From Lama glama (Eukaryota), in assembly GCA_028534125.1 (NCBI GenBank), contig CM052817.1, forward strand, positions 64,544,001-64,608,000: a stretch of DNA of 64,000 bases, given 5' to 3'. The notes beneath the pieces are model-generated. The model saw only the letters and a list, made by a program, of their open reading frames with translations. It searched no databases and was not told the DNA's origin. The position numbers and the translations under genes are program-made. This document shows positions 25,557 to 39,229 of the stretch, one piece after another. Every line of letters begins with the position of its first letter. Within the stretch, counting starts at the first letter, position 1.

Positions 25557-28500
25557 AGAAAGATTCTTTTGATAATTTCCTAAATTCGTCAAATGCTTTC
25601 TCCCTAAGTGGAACAGAAGAGATCTCATGGTAAATATTTTCCTTCAATATTTGAGACTCTTGGGAACATAACATGGTTTTGTTGGGGACCTCTACTTTTG
25701 TTTATCTGAAAAGAGGATGGAAGCCTTAGAGGAGCAGGTTCACTAATATCAGGCTTTTCAGAGAACCCTCCAAAAGTATTTTATAGCCATGTCTTCCTAG
25801 GTTTTTATAAATTATAAAATCAAGTACTTATAGTTAATATCAATGCTTTAAATGAGATGAGTCCTTGAAAGCATATCCTATTCATCTTTGTAAGAAATAT
25901 CATAATATACATTACAGGATATAGGTAACTAATGATTATAAAATTACTTGAGAATCCTTAGCATTACTAGTATTCTGGTTGTAGGCTATTATTGAAAAAA
26001 AAAACTTGCCTAAATGTACCAAGTGTTTGAAAAGAAATATGGTTTAACTGTAAGATAAAGAAAGAGGGCTGAATTGCATTATTCAGTTGCGTTATTCATT
26101 TTGATGCCGATTAGGCTGGAATGAAGCAAAGTAGAAAGATTATGCAATCCCAGGTTGCAGACTGACGTTTTTTGAATTATCAAGAGACATTTAATTAAGT
26201 AGCATCACACAGTTACACTGGTCATTCTCACAACAGCAGCTGTACTCACAGCTGGATGATGCGGCTTCCTCACAAAGACATTCTGACTTTGGGAGCATGT
26301 CTGACCTCTCCTTTGTGTCTTCTCAGCTAGGCCCTGTAGATCTTACCTCTTGCACTGCTTTCAGACATGCCCAGAATAGAGCTGAATGGAAGTCCTGACA
26401 TAAATCAAGGTCTATGAATGGATATTATAAAATTCCTAATTTATATGCTAAGTGGTGTGTGTTCCTTTGAGATTCATAAAGCTATGCAAATAGAGTAACT
26501 TGGAAAACACTGATAGAAAAGGACTATTTTGCTAAGAAAGCAAGCAACAGAAATCAGGAAACTCATTTCATGCGAGAGAGTGTACCACCAAGCAGTGCAA
26601 AATGGCAGCTGTGGAAGGCTTGTAAGCAGCTTGGCTGAGCTATCAGAAAAGAAGCTGATCAATCTGTAAAACAAACAGATGCTTGTCTTCCATTTCCAAA
26701 CTGATTTGGCATAGTGGAGTTGTCCTTCCCCGTGCCATCAGTGGAAAGCAGGACAAATCATTCTATGTCAATTGAGCCCAAACTGAAAGCCACTAAAGAA
26801 TTTTCCTCCCCCTTGCTTCTTTCCTGGGGCTCTCTCTTTGCTAAAAGGGTTGCTGTGAGCATAAACAGATTATAAAAGGCTATTTCCTTGCATATAATTG
26901 TTATGTTCCTTGGTAATCAGTTTCCTTCTTTTAGATTCGGTTAGCTTGTATTTCACCATTATTTTCACCGTTCAAGTGAGAAATAAAGTTCAGAATCTGC
27001 AATGTGGCTTTGGTGTTAACATATATGTCAAAGATTCCACAATTTATGGGTAGCTGTCTAACTACTCAATGATTTCAGTTCTTTTAGATTTATGACAAGC
27101 ACTCAAAACAGAAAGCCAGAATGGTGCTTGTTTTATACCACATCTCTCAACCCACTTAAAAAAAATCACTTTTAGTTCAACTTGGATGTGTAATCAATCT
27201 TAGAACAATCTTGTAGTACATTGTAGAATATGTCAGCAGAGAGAAATTCAGGCAACTCTTCAATATCTCCTGCTGCCTCAGAGGGTTAGCAGATGATGCC
27301 ACTTGCCATTTTAATTTGTTAAACAGTATTAAGGGAGACCAGACTGTAATGTAGAACACATTTCAAATTAAACTTTGTAGTGCTTGGTTGATATTTATCT
27401 GAGGCATCGCATTTTATAGTTGTATTAGCACAGAATTTGAGTCAATTAATTTTGAGGCGGAATTGTAGACGAAACACATGTTTTCTATGAAATGTAGAGA
27501 AGGTGGTGCCAGGAGTTGGTTACGCTTGTGAGTCCAGAATTCTTTCTTAAACACTATTTTTAAGAAATGAATGTTGAAAAATGCTCCATCTGTATAACTA
27601 AACTGAAATCCAAAACTTGCAATGAATTAAAAAGAAATACGAAATTTTGGACAAATAACATGGGTTTCATATTATTATTAATAGCATAGTATGTAAATTA
27701 AAGAAATAATGTTTCTTCTATTTAAAATAGCCTTCCCCTCGTTTCCCTCATTTTAAGAAAGCACACGCTCATTAGGCATACTGGGAAATAGAAACGTGCA
27801 GAGGAAAAGAACTATTTGCCATTGTTCCATCATCCAAAGGTAAGTATGTCCATATTTGGATATGTTTCTTCTATACTTTTGCTCCTGCTTTGAGTCGTGT
27901 TTGTTTCTGTAAATTAAAAAAGAATTCTGTTCTTTTCAGTCAACATAATATAATAGCATTTATCTATGTTAATACATATCTTTACAAACAATTGTAAAGG
28001 ACTGTCCAATTTTTTATTAAATGTAGGCTCCACGATTTATTTATCTAGTACCAGATCATTAGGTATTTAGGTCAATTTAAATTTTAAACTTCGTTAAGTA
28101 TGCTACTGTGAATATCTTTGTGCATAGAAAACATTTTTAATTTTGAATTTTACATGATTTATTTAGGCTTTCTTCTCAGAAGAGAAATCAGATTTCAAGA
28201 CTTTTTTAAAAAAGGACACTGCCATCAGAAATCTATAAGAATGATTTGTTTTATGACACTCTTGCCAGCACTGAATAGTATTATACACATGACTTCTTGT
28301 TAAACATGGCGGAGTGACCACATTGCGTTTATTTTTTTCTTCTACTCATAGCTTCATTAAAGAGGCAGTAAAATAATAAAATACATATCAAATTCCACAG
28401 ATCAAAGAAAACGGGAATGAAAAAATGAGATTTGGACCAGAGGAAGCTGTGACTCCATGAGCTGACCAGGCGAAACGCACAGACTGTTTACCGGGGGTAG

Positions 28501-28743
28501 AGGCAGTCAGATATAAACATCTTCTTAGCAGGCGATAGAATTATTTTCTTGAATGATTTAAGATCAGAAGAAAAGGGCACCAAATAATAACATTTTGGGG
28601 TCCCAGCACAAGGAAGGGTTGGCTTGTATTCGGACAAAAAGTTAGACAAGAGAAAGGACAGGAAATGTTAAAAAGAGCCTACAAACCATATGGGACTCTG
28701 AGAAGAAACTAAGTATATAGTTACACACTGAAATGTACTTTTT

Positions 28744-30166
28744 GAAAAAAAATTATGTATTTATGTATTTATTTATTTGAAGTATAGTCGATTTACAATG
28801 TTGTGTTAGTTTCTGGTGTACAGCAGAGTAGTTCACCTATACATATAGAAACATTCCCTCTCACACTCCTTCCCACTAGAGGCCACCATAAGACTTTGAA
28901 CACAATTCCCTGCTACACAGCAGGTCCCTGATACCTATCTATTCTATACACAGTAGTTAGCATCTGCAAATCCTGCATTCCCAACCCCTCCCTACCACCC
29001 CGTAACCACGCTTGTCCTCTACGTCTGTGAGTCTATCTCTGCCCCACAAATAAGTTTATCTGTCCCCCTCTCCCCCGCCCCACTTTTTCCCCCCAGATTC
29101 CACACATAAGTGACATCACAGGGAACCCTTCCTTCTCTTCCTGGCTTACCTTACCTAGCACGATGATCTCCAGGTCCATACATACTGCTGCAAATGGCAC
29201 CAGTTTACTCTTCTCCATGGCTGAGTAGCACCCCACACCACAACTTCTTTATCCAGTTACCTGTCAGTGGACATCTAAGTTGCTTCCATGTCCCAGCTAC
29301 TGCCAACAGTGCCACCACAAACATTGGGGTGCATGCATCTCTCTTCTTGTGGTTTGATGACTAGAGAAGTTTCTTCAACATTTGTTGTAAAGCTGGTTTG
29401 ATGGTGCTGAATTCTTTTAGCTTTTGTTTATCTGTGAAGCTTTTGATTTCTCCATCAAATCTGAATCAGAGCCTTGATGGATAGAGTATTCTTAGTTGTA
29501 AGTTTTTCCCTTTCATCACTTTAAGCATATCATGCCACTCCCTTCTGGCCTGTACAGTTTCTGCTGAAAAATCAGCTGATAACCTTATGGGAGTTCTCTT
29601 GTATGCTATTTGTTGCTTCTCTCTTACTGATTTTAATATTTTCTCCTTATTTTTAATTTTTGTCAATTTGACTACTATGTGCCTCGGTGTATTCTTGAGT
29701 AGATCCTGTGTGGAACTCTGCACTTCCTGGACTTGAGTGACTGTTTCCATTTCCAAGTTAGGGAAGTTTTCAGTTATTATCTCCTCAAATCTTTTCTCAG
29801 GCCTTTTTTCTCTCTCTTCTCTTTCTGGGACCCCTATAATGTGAATATTAGTGTGCTTCACGTCCCAGAGTTCTCTTAAACTATCCTCATTTCTTTTCAT
29901 TCTTTTTTCTTTTTTCTGTTCTGCAGTAGTGATTTCCACTAATCTATCTTCTGGCTCACTAATCCCTTCTTCTGCCTTATTTGGTCTATTCTTGGTTCCT
30001 TCTAGTGTGTTATTCTTTTTAGTAATTCTGTTCTTCAACTTTGTTTCGGTATTCTGTATATTTTCTAACTCTGCTAAAAACTTTCCCTTGTGCATCTATA
30101 CTCCTTCTGAGTTCTCTGAACACCTTCATCATCATTACTCTAAACCCTTTCTTGGACAGAATGCCT
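28744..30166 (-). mobile_element. ORF2-deleted L1 (ORF1 plus 3' UTR) with A-to-G-hypermutated 3' UTR
   Basis: ORF1 remnant (ORF track 29466-30095: NIHIIGVPE, TPRHIVVKL, PIRLSADFS, ARREW) joined at about 29345 to the L1 3' end. Probable TSD tgaaatgtacttttt / tgaaatttgcttttt. Confidence 0.85.
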
Positions 30167-31287
30167 TGAAATTTGCTTTTTAACATATGTGTAATGAGAG
30201 ACATTGACTAAGAATTTTCAAAATCTGACATATCAAGCCATTAGAGTCAATAAGCTCTAGACTCTACCAGGATAAATACAAAGAAAATTATGTCTGGCAC
30301 ATCATAACAAAGCTACTGAAAACTGAAGACAGAGGGAAATCTTTAAAGCATTCACAGGGAAAAAAATTATCGCTTTCAAAAGAATAATAAGACTATCACT
30401 ACTAATTCGAAACATTTCATCACCCAAAAAGAAACCCTGTCACTCCCCATTCTCCCTTCTGTCCCCTGGAAATCATTAATTTAATTTCTGTCTCTATGGT
30501 TTTGCCTGTTCTGAACATTTCATATAAATGCAATCATACAATATGTGGCTTTTTGTGTTTGGTTTCTTTCACTTAGCACAATGCTTTTGAGGCTCACTGA
30601 CACTGCAGCACATATTAGTACCTCATTCTTTTTATGGCCGAACAATATCCCATTATACAGACATAACACATTAAAAAATTCATTCATCATAGATTGTTGT
30701 TTCCAACTTTTTGGAAAATAAATGTATAGGTTTATTTCTGGACGATCAATCTGGACTGATTTATAAGTCTGTCTATAAGCCAGTACCACACAGTTCTTTA
30801 TTTTTCTTGAAAGCAGTTATTTATCTCTGGTATCTATTTATTTGATTCTTGTTGGAACCTTCAAGAATACAAACCCCATGTCATCTGTTGTTTACTGACG
30901 TATCCTGAGATTCTATAATAATGCTGAGGATATGCAGGTGCTCAATAAATACATGAAAGTTGAATTTGGACTTAGTCTTCTGTTTAAATAATTTCTAAAT
31001 ACAGAATTTTAGAAAATCTTTCAGAGGCTTCCTAAATATCCAATTTCTTTCAGTCATTCTTCTCTAATTTTATTTCCTTTAATTTTTTATTTTTGTTCTT
31101 GATTCATCATTAAAATTTTTTTTCTAAATTGTTACCTAATTTTCCTAAGATTATTTATTCAGTCATTTTCCCCTTTTGTATTGGTTTATAATACTTTCAT
31201 TATACATCATATACGAATAAATTCTCATACATAGGAGGGAGGCAAGGAGAAACTAACTAGAAAGAAATTAATCAGAATCTGAATTCA

Positions 31288-31439
31288 GGGGGGAGGGTAT
31301 AACTCAGTGGTAAAGTGCTTGCTTAGTATGCCCAAGGTCCTGGATTCAATTCCCAGTACCTCCATTAAAAATAAATAAATAAATCTAATCACCACCGCCC
31401 CACTCCCCCACCCCCCCAAAAGAAAGAAAGAAAAAAAAA
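31288..31439 (+). mobile_element. tRNA-Ala-derived SINE (Vic-1 type)
   Basis: tRNA head, tail, TSD agaat(c/t)tgaattcag. Confidence 0.9.
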
Positions 31440-32829
31440 GAATTTGAATTCAGATATTCTTATTTTTCTGACTCCATCACTCTGCTTTCTAGATTATTTT
31501 GTCCCATGGGACTATATTATTATACTGGTACCACATATTGTTTTATATGTGGTAGAATTAGGCTTCCCTTTTAATTTATTATTTTTTCCATAATATTGTG
31601 ACTATTCTTGTATGTTTTAAAAAAAATGAGTAAAATTGAAAGTTATTTCAATAGCAATTAAAACAATAACATATCTCATTGGTATTTTAATTGTAATTAT
31701 AACAAACATATATTAACTTGGGATAAACTGACATTAAAACAAAAGTTTGCCTTCCTATATATGAATATTGTCTTTCTATTTATTTAAGTCTCTCAATAAA
31801 GTTTCTAAAATTTCCTCTTTTTGAAATTAATATATTTCTCAACAAACTACTTGTTGGTATTTTTAAAACTGGTTTTATAGAAGAAATCGTTTTTGTTATA
31901 TTTTCTGGCTTGTTATCTCTAGTAGATGCTATTTATAAAGTAAGAAAATCATCCTCTTAAAAGCACTAACAAATATTTACCAAGTAATATTTATTGTGTC
32001 CATTTAAAATATGATTTTAAATATAAATGTCATAAAATGTCATAAAATATTTTAAGAGCCTCTGTGTTTATGTGTGAGGTAAGTGTGGGAATTATTTCCC
32101 CCAATTATGATTCCACATACATGTTGGTAAATCAAGACCAACAGAAATTTTGTTATTCATACTCATAATTTAATCAAAGCATATGTTAGAATGCATTGAG
32201 TGCTTTATAATTTAATAAAAAGAAAAAGATATTGTTACTTAGAATTGTAAACAACCTATTATAATCTGGTTATTTAAAAATTAAAAAAGTATATTACAGA
32301 AAAGTTACTTTACAGTAAAAAGTAAAGAAATACTGACTTCTAGAGAAAACCACTAATTCTATTTCATTTTGTGAGTAAGATTCATTGTTGGAGACACAAT
32401 TTACAAGGTCTATTGTCTGATGAACACATGAATATTGTATGTAAGCACACAGGGATATGTTTTATGTGGTTCATGGCTAAAATGTGCATTTGTGTCATCC
32501 ATCTTTCTGCTATTTTGTTACTCTGCGTACATATAAACATAAAAACATACACAAGTACATATAATATTAATATTAATTGTAAAAACCACTTTCTAGTAGA
32601 ATTAAAATAGGCACATGTTAAAACTAAAGCATTTGAATCAAGGTCAAGCTGTTTCCTCAAAATAGATCAGGCAATTTTTGCCATACTTGTAGGTTAAGCA
32701 CTGGCTCTGCCTATAATTAAAAAAAAAGTATCATTCTATGCATCAGAAAAATTAACTAGCAAATATAAAATATTATTTTATAAATACCTTGCATAGAATG
32801 AAGTTTTATTTCTTTTTTTTTAATTGAAG

Positions 32830-34595
32830 GAGGCTTTATTTCTTGAAAACAATCTTAAACTTAGGGAAAAGTTTTAAGTACAGTACAAAAATTATTTTTT
32901 CTTAAACCAGAGTAAATTGCCTACCTGATGTCTCAACACCACTTAATACTTTAGAGTGTATTTCCTACAACCAGGACCTACATAAACACACAATGCCATA
33001 AAAATCAGGAAGCTACAACTAATAATTACTAACATCTAATCCTCATACCCTGTTCAAGTTTTCCAGATGTCCAAATCATGTCCTTTAGAACAAAAGGATC
33101 CATTTCAAAATCATGACTTGTTTTTGTCATGTCTCTTTAACTTCTCTCAGTATAAAATAGTTCCTTAGTCTTTTCTTTATTTTCATGACTATAACTCTTT
33201 TCACCATTACTAGGTAGTTGTTGGTATAATGTTCTTCAATCTGGGTTTGTCTGATGTTCCCTTATGACCAAATTCAGATTGTGCATCTTTGGAAGGGACA
33301 TACATCCTTCTCATTGGATCCTACATTCTTCTCATTGGATCCTACATTCTTCTCATTGGAATCATGGAACACAATTTCTATTTAACCTATTGCTCATGGT
33401 GTTTACTTTGATTGCTTGTTAAAAATGGTGTCTGCTAGGCTTGGCAGCTCAGAAGTTAACTTTCTCCTTTATAATTAATAAGCATTTTGTGGGAAAGTAT
33501 TTTGAAACCACGTAAATATTCTATTCCTTATCAGTTTATGCATTCATCATTTTACAGCAGTATGACGCATTGTTTCCTATTTTATTCAATGGGCTATAGT
33601 CTATTGCATCATTACCATTATTTTGGTTCTTTTTAGCAGAGACTGATGTACAGAAGCCAAGATCTGGGCATGATGTATGGTCCTAGCTATTGGGATGCTG
33701 CAGGTCTTAGGCTTCCCCAGTGGACAGAGTTAGGGAATCAATGTGTTTATACACACACATATACTTACATTACTATCAATATTTATGTCTGCATTCATAC
33801 ATATATATAGAAAACCATAGCTCACACTAATTCCTCTAATTCAACACCCCAGGGTTTGTTTCAGTTCTCTATCATTTCATATTTGTTACTCTCTTTTCTG
33901 ACAGAGAGAAAACTGGCTTCAATTATCCTTAACATATGTATTTGATGGATCCGACATACACAACCAATTTCCATTGCCATTGCTGCCCTCCCCTGCCCCC
34001 TTCCCCTTGGGCCCCCTCCTCACAGGATTCAGGCTCTGACTCCCCACGTTGGTCCGCCCCTCCAAGGGTATGGCCCCCCTTATGCGTATCAAGCTCTGAC
34101 TTTCCATGCCAAGCTGCCCTGCTGTGCAGGCACCCTTGTCTCCACAATCAAGGATGTCCAGGCTGTCCCTCTGTGGTGATGCCCTTCTCACCCTACTCAG
34201 GTGGGGACACTCAAGCCTGGACCTTCTCTCTGCAGAGATATTCTCGTCACCATGTCGGGCCTCTGACATCCTACTCAAGGCCATCCCCGTGGGGGACACT
34301 CTCTTTATACCAAGTATCAGAGCATGAGCAAGATGAAGAGGGACTCTCCAAAGAGAGGCAGTCCAACGCGGGCGTCAGCCTGAGCAGGTGAGATGTCAGG
34401 CTCTGACACCCAGCGTCATGCTGCCTCCTTGCACAGACGCCCCTACACACCCTGTTTAGGAACGGACACCCTATTCTTAGCTGCATGAATCCCCACACCT
34501 GCATGGGTTGCTTTTTCACCACTGCTGAATGCCAACACTCTGTCCTAGTTGGTTCCACTCACCCTCCCATGGATGCTTTCCTCACACTACTTGGT
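32830..34595 (-). mobile_element. L1MC4/5-like 3' UTR including a degenerate GC-rich tandem array
   Basis: Same block family as 2.4, 39.2 and 51.1 kb; repeated ggctctgacaccc / gccct..ctcaccct units at 33990-34595. Confidence 0.6.
33301..33363. repeat. 21-bp tandem repeat, 3 copies
   Basis: tacat(c/t)cttctcattggatcc repeated three times. Confidence 0.95.
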
Positions 34596-35382
34596 GCTAA
34601 GGACTGAATCTCTTGAAAAAAGAACTGGCAGGACTTGCTCTTTTACATACCAGTACTCATAAAGGTATAGTAACTAAGGCAGTACAATATAGAGGCAAGA
34701 GATAGCCAACCAGACTAATATAATTTAATAGTGTCAAGACATGAATCCACTTACATATGGACACTTGATTTGGGACAAAGATGGCATGCTGAGCAGAGGC
34801 AAAAAGGGAGACTTCAATAAATGATGCTTTTATGTCCTGTTCAAGAAATCATTTGCTTTCTACAGTGTCATGAGGGTATTTTCCAAAGCAATTATCTAGA
34901 GGCTGTATTATTTTACCTTTCACATTTATATCTACAATGTCCCTGCACTGAATTTTTATGTGAGTATCCAGAGAAAGAAAGAAAGAAAGAAAGAAACATG
35001 ACTCTTATACAAAAGTCTCAGAGTAGTTAGACTTCTCATATTGTCCTATGGTGGTTAGGTAGTGAGAGGCAGTGTTCTAAGAGGAATTAAAGTCGAAGCT
35101 GCAACACTCTTGGGGCCTGACCTCATAAGTTTTAACATTGACTTGATCCAGAGGGGCTCATCTGTGAAGAAGACAGAGATGGGGAAGATGTCAATCCTCA
35201 GTTGGAGCCCTTGTTGCTTCAGAATGGATAGGAAAGGGTTAGTCACTTGGCCAGCAGGTCCGTATTACAGGCCACCCATGTGAGATTTTGAAAGCAAGGT
35301 TTCAGGAAAAAGAGCTTCTGGCTCTGATTCCTAAGGAAGGTAGACACTCCCATGATGTCATTAGAAAATGGGTCTAAGAAAG

Positions 35383-36865
35383 AGAACAAGGGCAAAACAT
35401 TCTCCGACATAAATTGTAGCAGTGTTTTCTTAGGTCAGTCTCCAAGGCAAAAGAAATAAAAACAAAAATAAACAAGTGGGACCTAATCAAACTTACAAGC
35501 TCTTGAACAGCAAAGGAAACCATAAGCTAAACAAAAAGATAACCTATGGACTGGGAGAAAATATTTGCAAATGATGCAACTGACAATGGCTTAATTTCCA
35601 AAATACACTAACAGCTCACATAGCCCAATATTAAAAAAGAAAAATCAAAAAATGGGCAGAAGACCTAAATAGACATTTCTCCAAAGAAGACATATATATG
35701 GCCAACTGGCACATGAAAAGATGCTCAATATTGCTAATTATTAAATAAATGCAAATCAAAACCACAATCACATGAGTCAGAATAACCATCATCATAAAGT
35801 CTGCAAATAATAAATGCTGGAGAGGATGTGGAGAAAAGGGAACCCTCCTACGCTGTCAGTGGGAGAGTAGATCAGTGTAGCCACTATGGAGAACAATAGG
35901 GGTATTCCTTAAAAAACTAAAAATAGACTTACCATATGATCCAGCAATGCCACTCCTGGCATATATCCAGAGAAAATTATAATTCAAGGGAGGACCATAC
36001 AGCTCAGTGGTAGAGTGTGTGCCTAGCAAGCAGGAGGCCCTAGGTTCAATACCCAGTACCTGAATTAAAAAAATATATATATAATTACCACCCCCTCCCC
36101 TACCAAAAGTATATAGTGCTGTATGTCAACTATATCTCCATAAAACTGGAAGAAGAAAAATAATGATTTTACAAAATTTTAAAAACTATAATTCAAAAAG
36201 ATACATGCACCTCAATGTTCATAGCAGCACTATTTACAATAGCCAAGACATAGAAGCAACCTAAGTGTCCATCAACAGATGATTGGAAAAAAATGTAGTG
36301 TATATATATATACACACACACACACACATATCTATATCTGTATCTATATCTATATATACACACACACACAATAGAATATTACTCAACCATAAAAATAATA
36401 AAATAACGTCATTTGCAACATGGATGGACCTAGAGATAATCATACTAAATGAAGCAAGTCAGACAGAGAAAGACAAGTATCATATGATATTAGTCACATG
36501 TGGAATATAAAAAATGATACAAATGAACTTATTTATAAAGCAGAAACAGACTTATAAACATAGAAAATAAACTTACAGTTACTAAAGGGGAAAGGTGGGG
36601 GAGATAAATTAGGGATCTAGGATTAGAGATATAAAATACAATATATAAAATAGATAACCAACAAGGTCCTACTGTATATATAGCACAGGGAACTATAATC
36701 AAAATCTTATAATAAACTATAATGGAAAAGAATCTGAAAAGAATATATCTATATCTATATTTATATCTGTATCTATATCTATCTGAATCACTTTGTGTAT
36801 ACCTGAAACTAATACAACACTCTAAATCAACTATACTTCAACTAAAAAAAATAAAATAAAAAAAG
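35383..36865 (+). mobile_element. 5'-truncated L1 (ORF2 end plus 3' UTR) with an internal SINE
   Basis: L1 3' sequence with poly-A; TSD agaaaatggg(t/c)cta(a/g)gaa. Confidence 0.9.
35987..36110 (+). mobile_element. tRNA-Ala-derived SINE inside the L1
   Basis: agctcagtggtagagtgtgtgcctagc...ggttcaatacccagtacc; tataattcaa duplicated around the insertion. Confidence 0.85.
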
Positions 36866-37179
36866 AAAATGGGCCTAGGAATGGGGTATCAACAGCATTT
36901 GACACCCAATCACTCCAAATCCCACCTCTGGGAAATGGGACTCTTGAGAAATCACTAGGCTCTCAATGGTCCTTAACAGCACACATAGTAAAAAGGCTTT
37001 AGGCATTTAAGCTGATACAAGTTCAATATTAAGCCATTGCTGAGAAGCTAAAAAAAAAAAAAAAAAAGGGAGGGGGGATGGGGATATTAGGCTGCATTCA
37101 TATGTGCATATTTCATTCATTTCTTCATGTATTTATTCTACAAATATTTAGCATATTAGTCTTATTAGTCATAGCAATG

Positions 37180-37580
37180 ACTAGCTAAATGCTGATCAAA
37201 GTCATTTTCTCTTATTTTGGGGCCACAGGTAAAGTACATTTTCTAGTATCCCTTTGAGTAAGATGTGGCCAGTGAATGACTTCTGGCCAGTAGACTGGGC
37301 TAGAATGAATTACACCACTCCCAGGGGTGGCCTGTTAAATCTCATGCACAAGAAAGCTCCAGTGCCAGCCTATCCTCGGGTAAGGATTCCAAAGGATTCC
37401 AGGGACCTAGGAAGGGGTAGAGATAAAAGATGGATCCCAAATCTCTGACTGAGGGAGCGAGCAGACCTTCCCTGACTGACCTATAACTGACTCTGATGTA
37501 AGGGAGATATAAACTGGTTTTCTTAAGCCACTCAGAGTTTTGGGATTGTCTGTCATAGCAGTTAGCCTTCCCTGATTAAT
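37180..37580 (+). mobile_element. MLT1-family MaLR LTR
   Basis: 3' end cttaagccactcagagttttgggattgtctgtcatagcagttagccttccctgattaata. Confidence 0.7.
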
Positions 37581-38139
37581 ACTAACGCACTGTCTATTCT
37601 GTGTCAGCCCCCATTCTGGGTACCAGGGACACAACAGCAAACAAACAAGAGAGATAAGGTTCCTGCTCTCACAGGAAGTTATATACAGAAGGAAGGCAAA
37701 CAAACAGCAATCATTTACATTCATACGATGCTTTACAGTTTACAAAGTGCTTTCATAGGTACTAGCTAATTTGATTTTTGTAACAATGTTCTACAGATGA
37801 GGAAACAAAAGTTCAAAGATTTTAAGTGCTTTGCACAAACAAAAGATTAGGAGCTAGACACATGCGTGGATCAGAGTTTTCTGACGGCCAACTCATTGTT
37901 CATACCATGATGCTTCTCAAGTATAAAAACATGACAGAGCAAGGGAAGTGTTAGTCCTTGTCAAAAAGTCTGTTATCAATTTTATTTTAAAAGTAACATA
38001 CCATGAAGAAGTATAAGAATCTCCATGGCAGCACTGCAGGAGAGGAAGTAGCGGGATGTGACTGGGGGAGGTGCTCTGAAGACTTCAACTGTATTGGCCA
38101 TATTCCATTTCTTAAGACAACGTAGTAGGTACAATGTTA

Positions 38140-38610
38140 TTCTGGATTATCTCCCATTTGCCTGTCGGGATTCATTTTGCACCCTTCTCAAGCTGGCCTT
38201 CTGTCCTGGGAGGCTGACTTGTAAGGTATGACTTAATGGGCTTTTTATCCTTGTAGCTTTTAGAGGATTGGAAGGAGAGAGAGAATGAGGTCCCAGATTC
38301 TTGACTTCTGGGTGGCTTTGGGCTGGCAGGGTCTCTTAACCAAAAGTCACAACTCCTGTTAGGAGGCCCTATCCTCCCAGCTCACTTTGGGTTTCGGTAT
38401 TTGCCCAGTTTCCTTACTCCTTCAGACCTAGAAATGGAAATGCTGCCCCATTGTTAACTGGTACAACAGCTGTCAGTTATTGTACCATTGCTTTTGGCTT
38501 TCTAAGATACTTTCCACTGTCCTTAGTATATAGTTCTTTTTAAAAACTCTTTACTCTTCTCAAATTACCCAGCTTCAGAGTGTTATCTGTTTCTTTCTGG
38601 GTTCTGATAA
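38140..38610 (+). mobile_element. Old ERVL solo LTR (LTR33-like)
   Basis: ctgtcctgggaggctgac... and 3' end caaattacccag...tctgtttctttctgggttctga. Confidence 0.55.
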
Positions 38611-39229
38611 ATTACTCTCTCTCTTTCAATCAACACATATACACATCTTTTTTCTTTTTTCAATGTTTGAGATAATTCATATTTACAAAAAACTTAAGAA
38701 GGAAAACATTTATCGAGCACTTATTATATGTCAAGAATTGTGAGAGGGTTAAGGGTTGGGAATAGAGAGAAAATAACGACATAAACTCTTCCATCACAAG
38801 GAAGTTACAGTCCAGTAGGAGAGACAGGTGAAAGATTAAAGGCAATGAAGTCAAGAGCAAGGAATCTGTACTTAGATTTGAACTCAAGTCCAGGCTTAGC
38901 CACCTACTGGTTATGTGACCTTGGGCTAGAGAAAGAAAAATGGGATTAGTACTAGTACCGTGTGAGGATTAAAAGTAAACCCATAAGTATCTATATTTAC
39001 TTACATATATTACCACATGCTTAGCATATATAAGTTCTTAACACATATTACTTAAAATTATTGCTAACTGCAACAACAGCACTTTGTACCTGGTTTACAG
39101 GTAGCACAATGGAAGGCACTGATTAACTAGAGCTGAGGAAGTCAACAAAAATGTAATGGGTGAAGAGATACCTGAGCTGGATCTTGAAGAAATAGTAATT
39201 TCACCAAGAGATCATACAAGGATCAAATA

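Noticed and set aside
29466..30095. 209-aa ORF as a host gene
   Set aside because: It is a truncated L1 ORF1p remnant with small deletions and no sign of domestication.
33301..33363. CRISPR-like or other prokaryotic repeat system
   Set aside because: A simple spacer-less tandem triplication in mammalian DNA.
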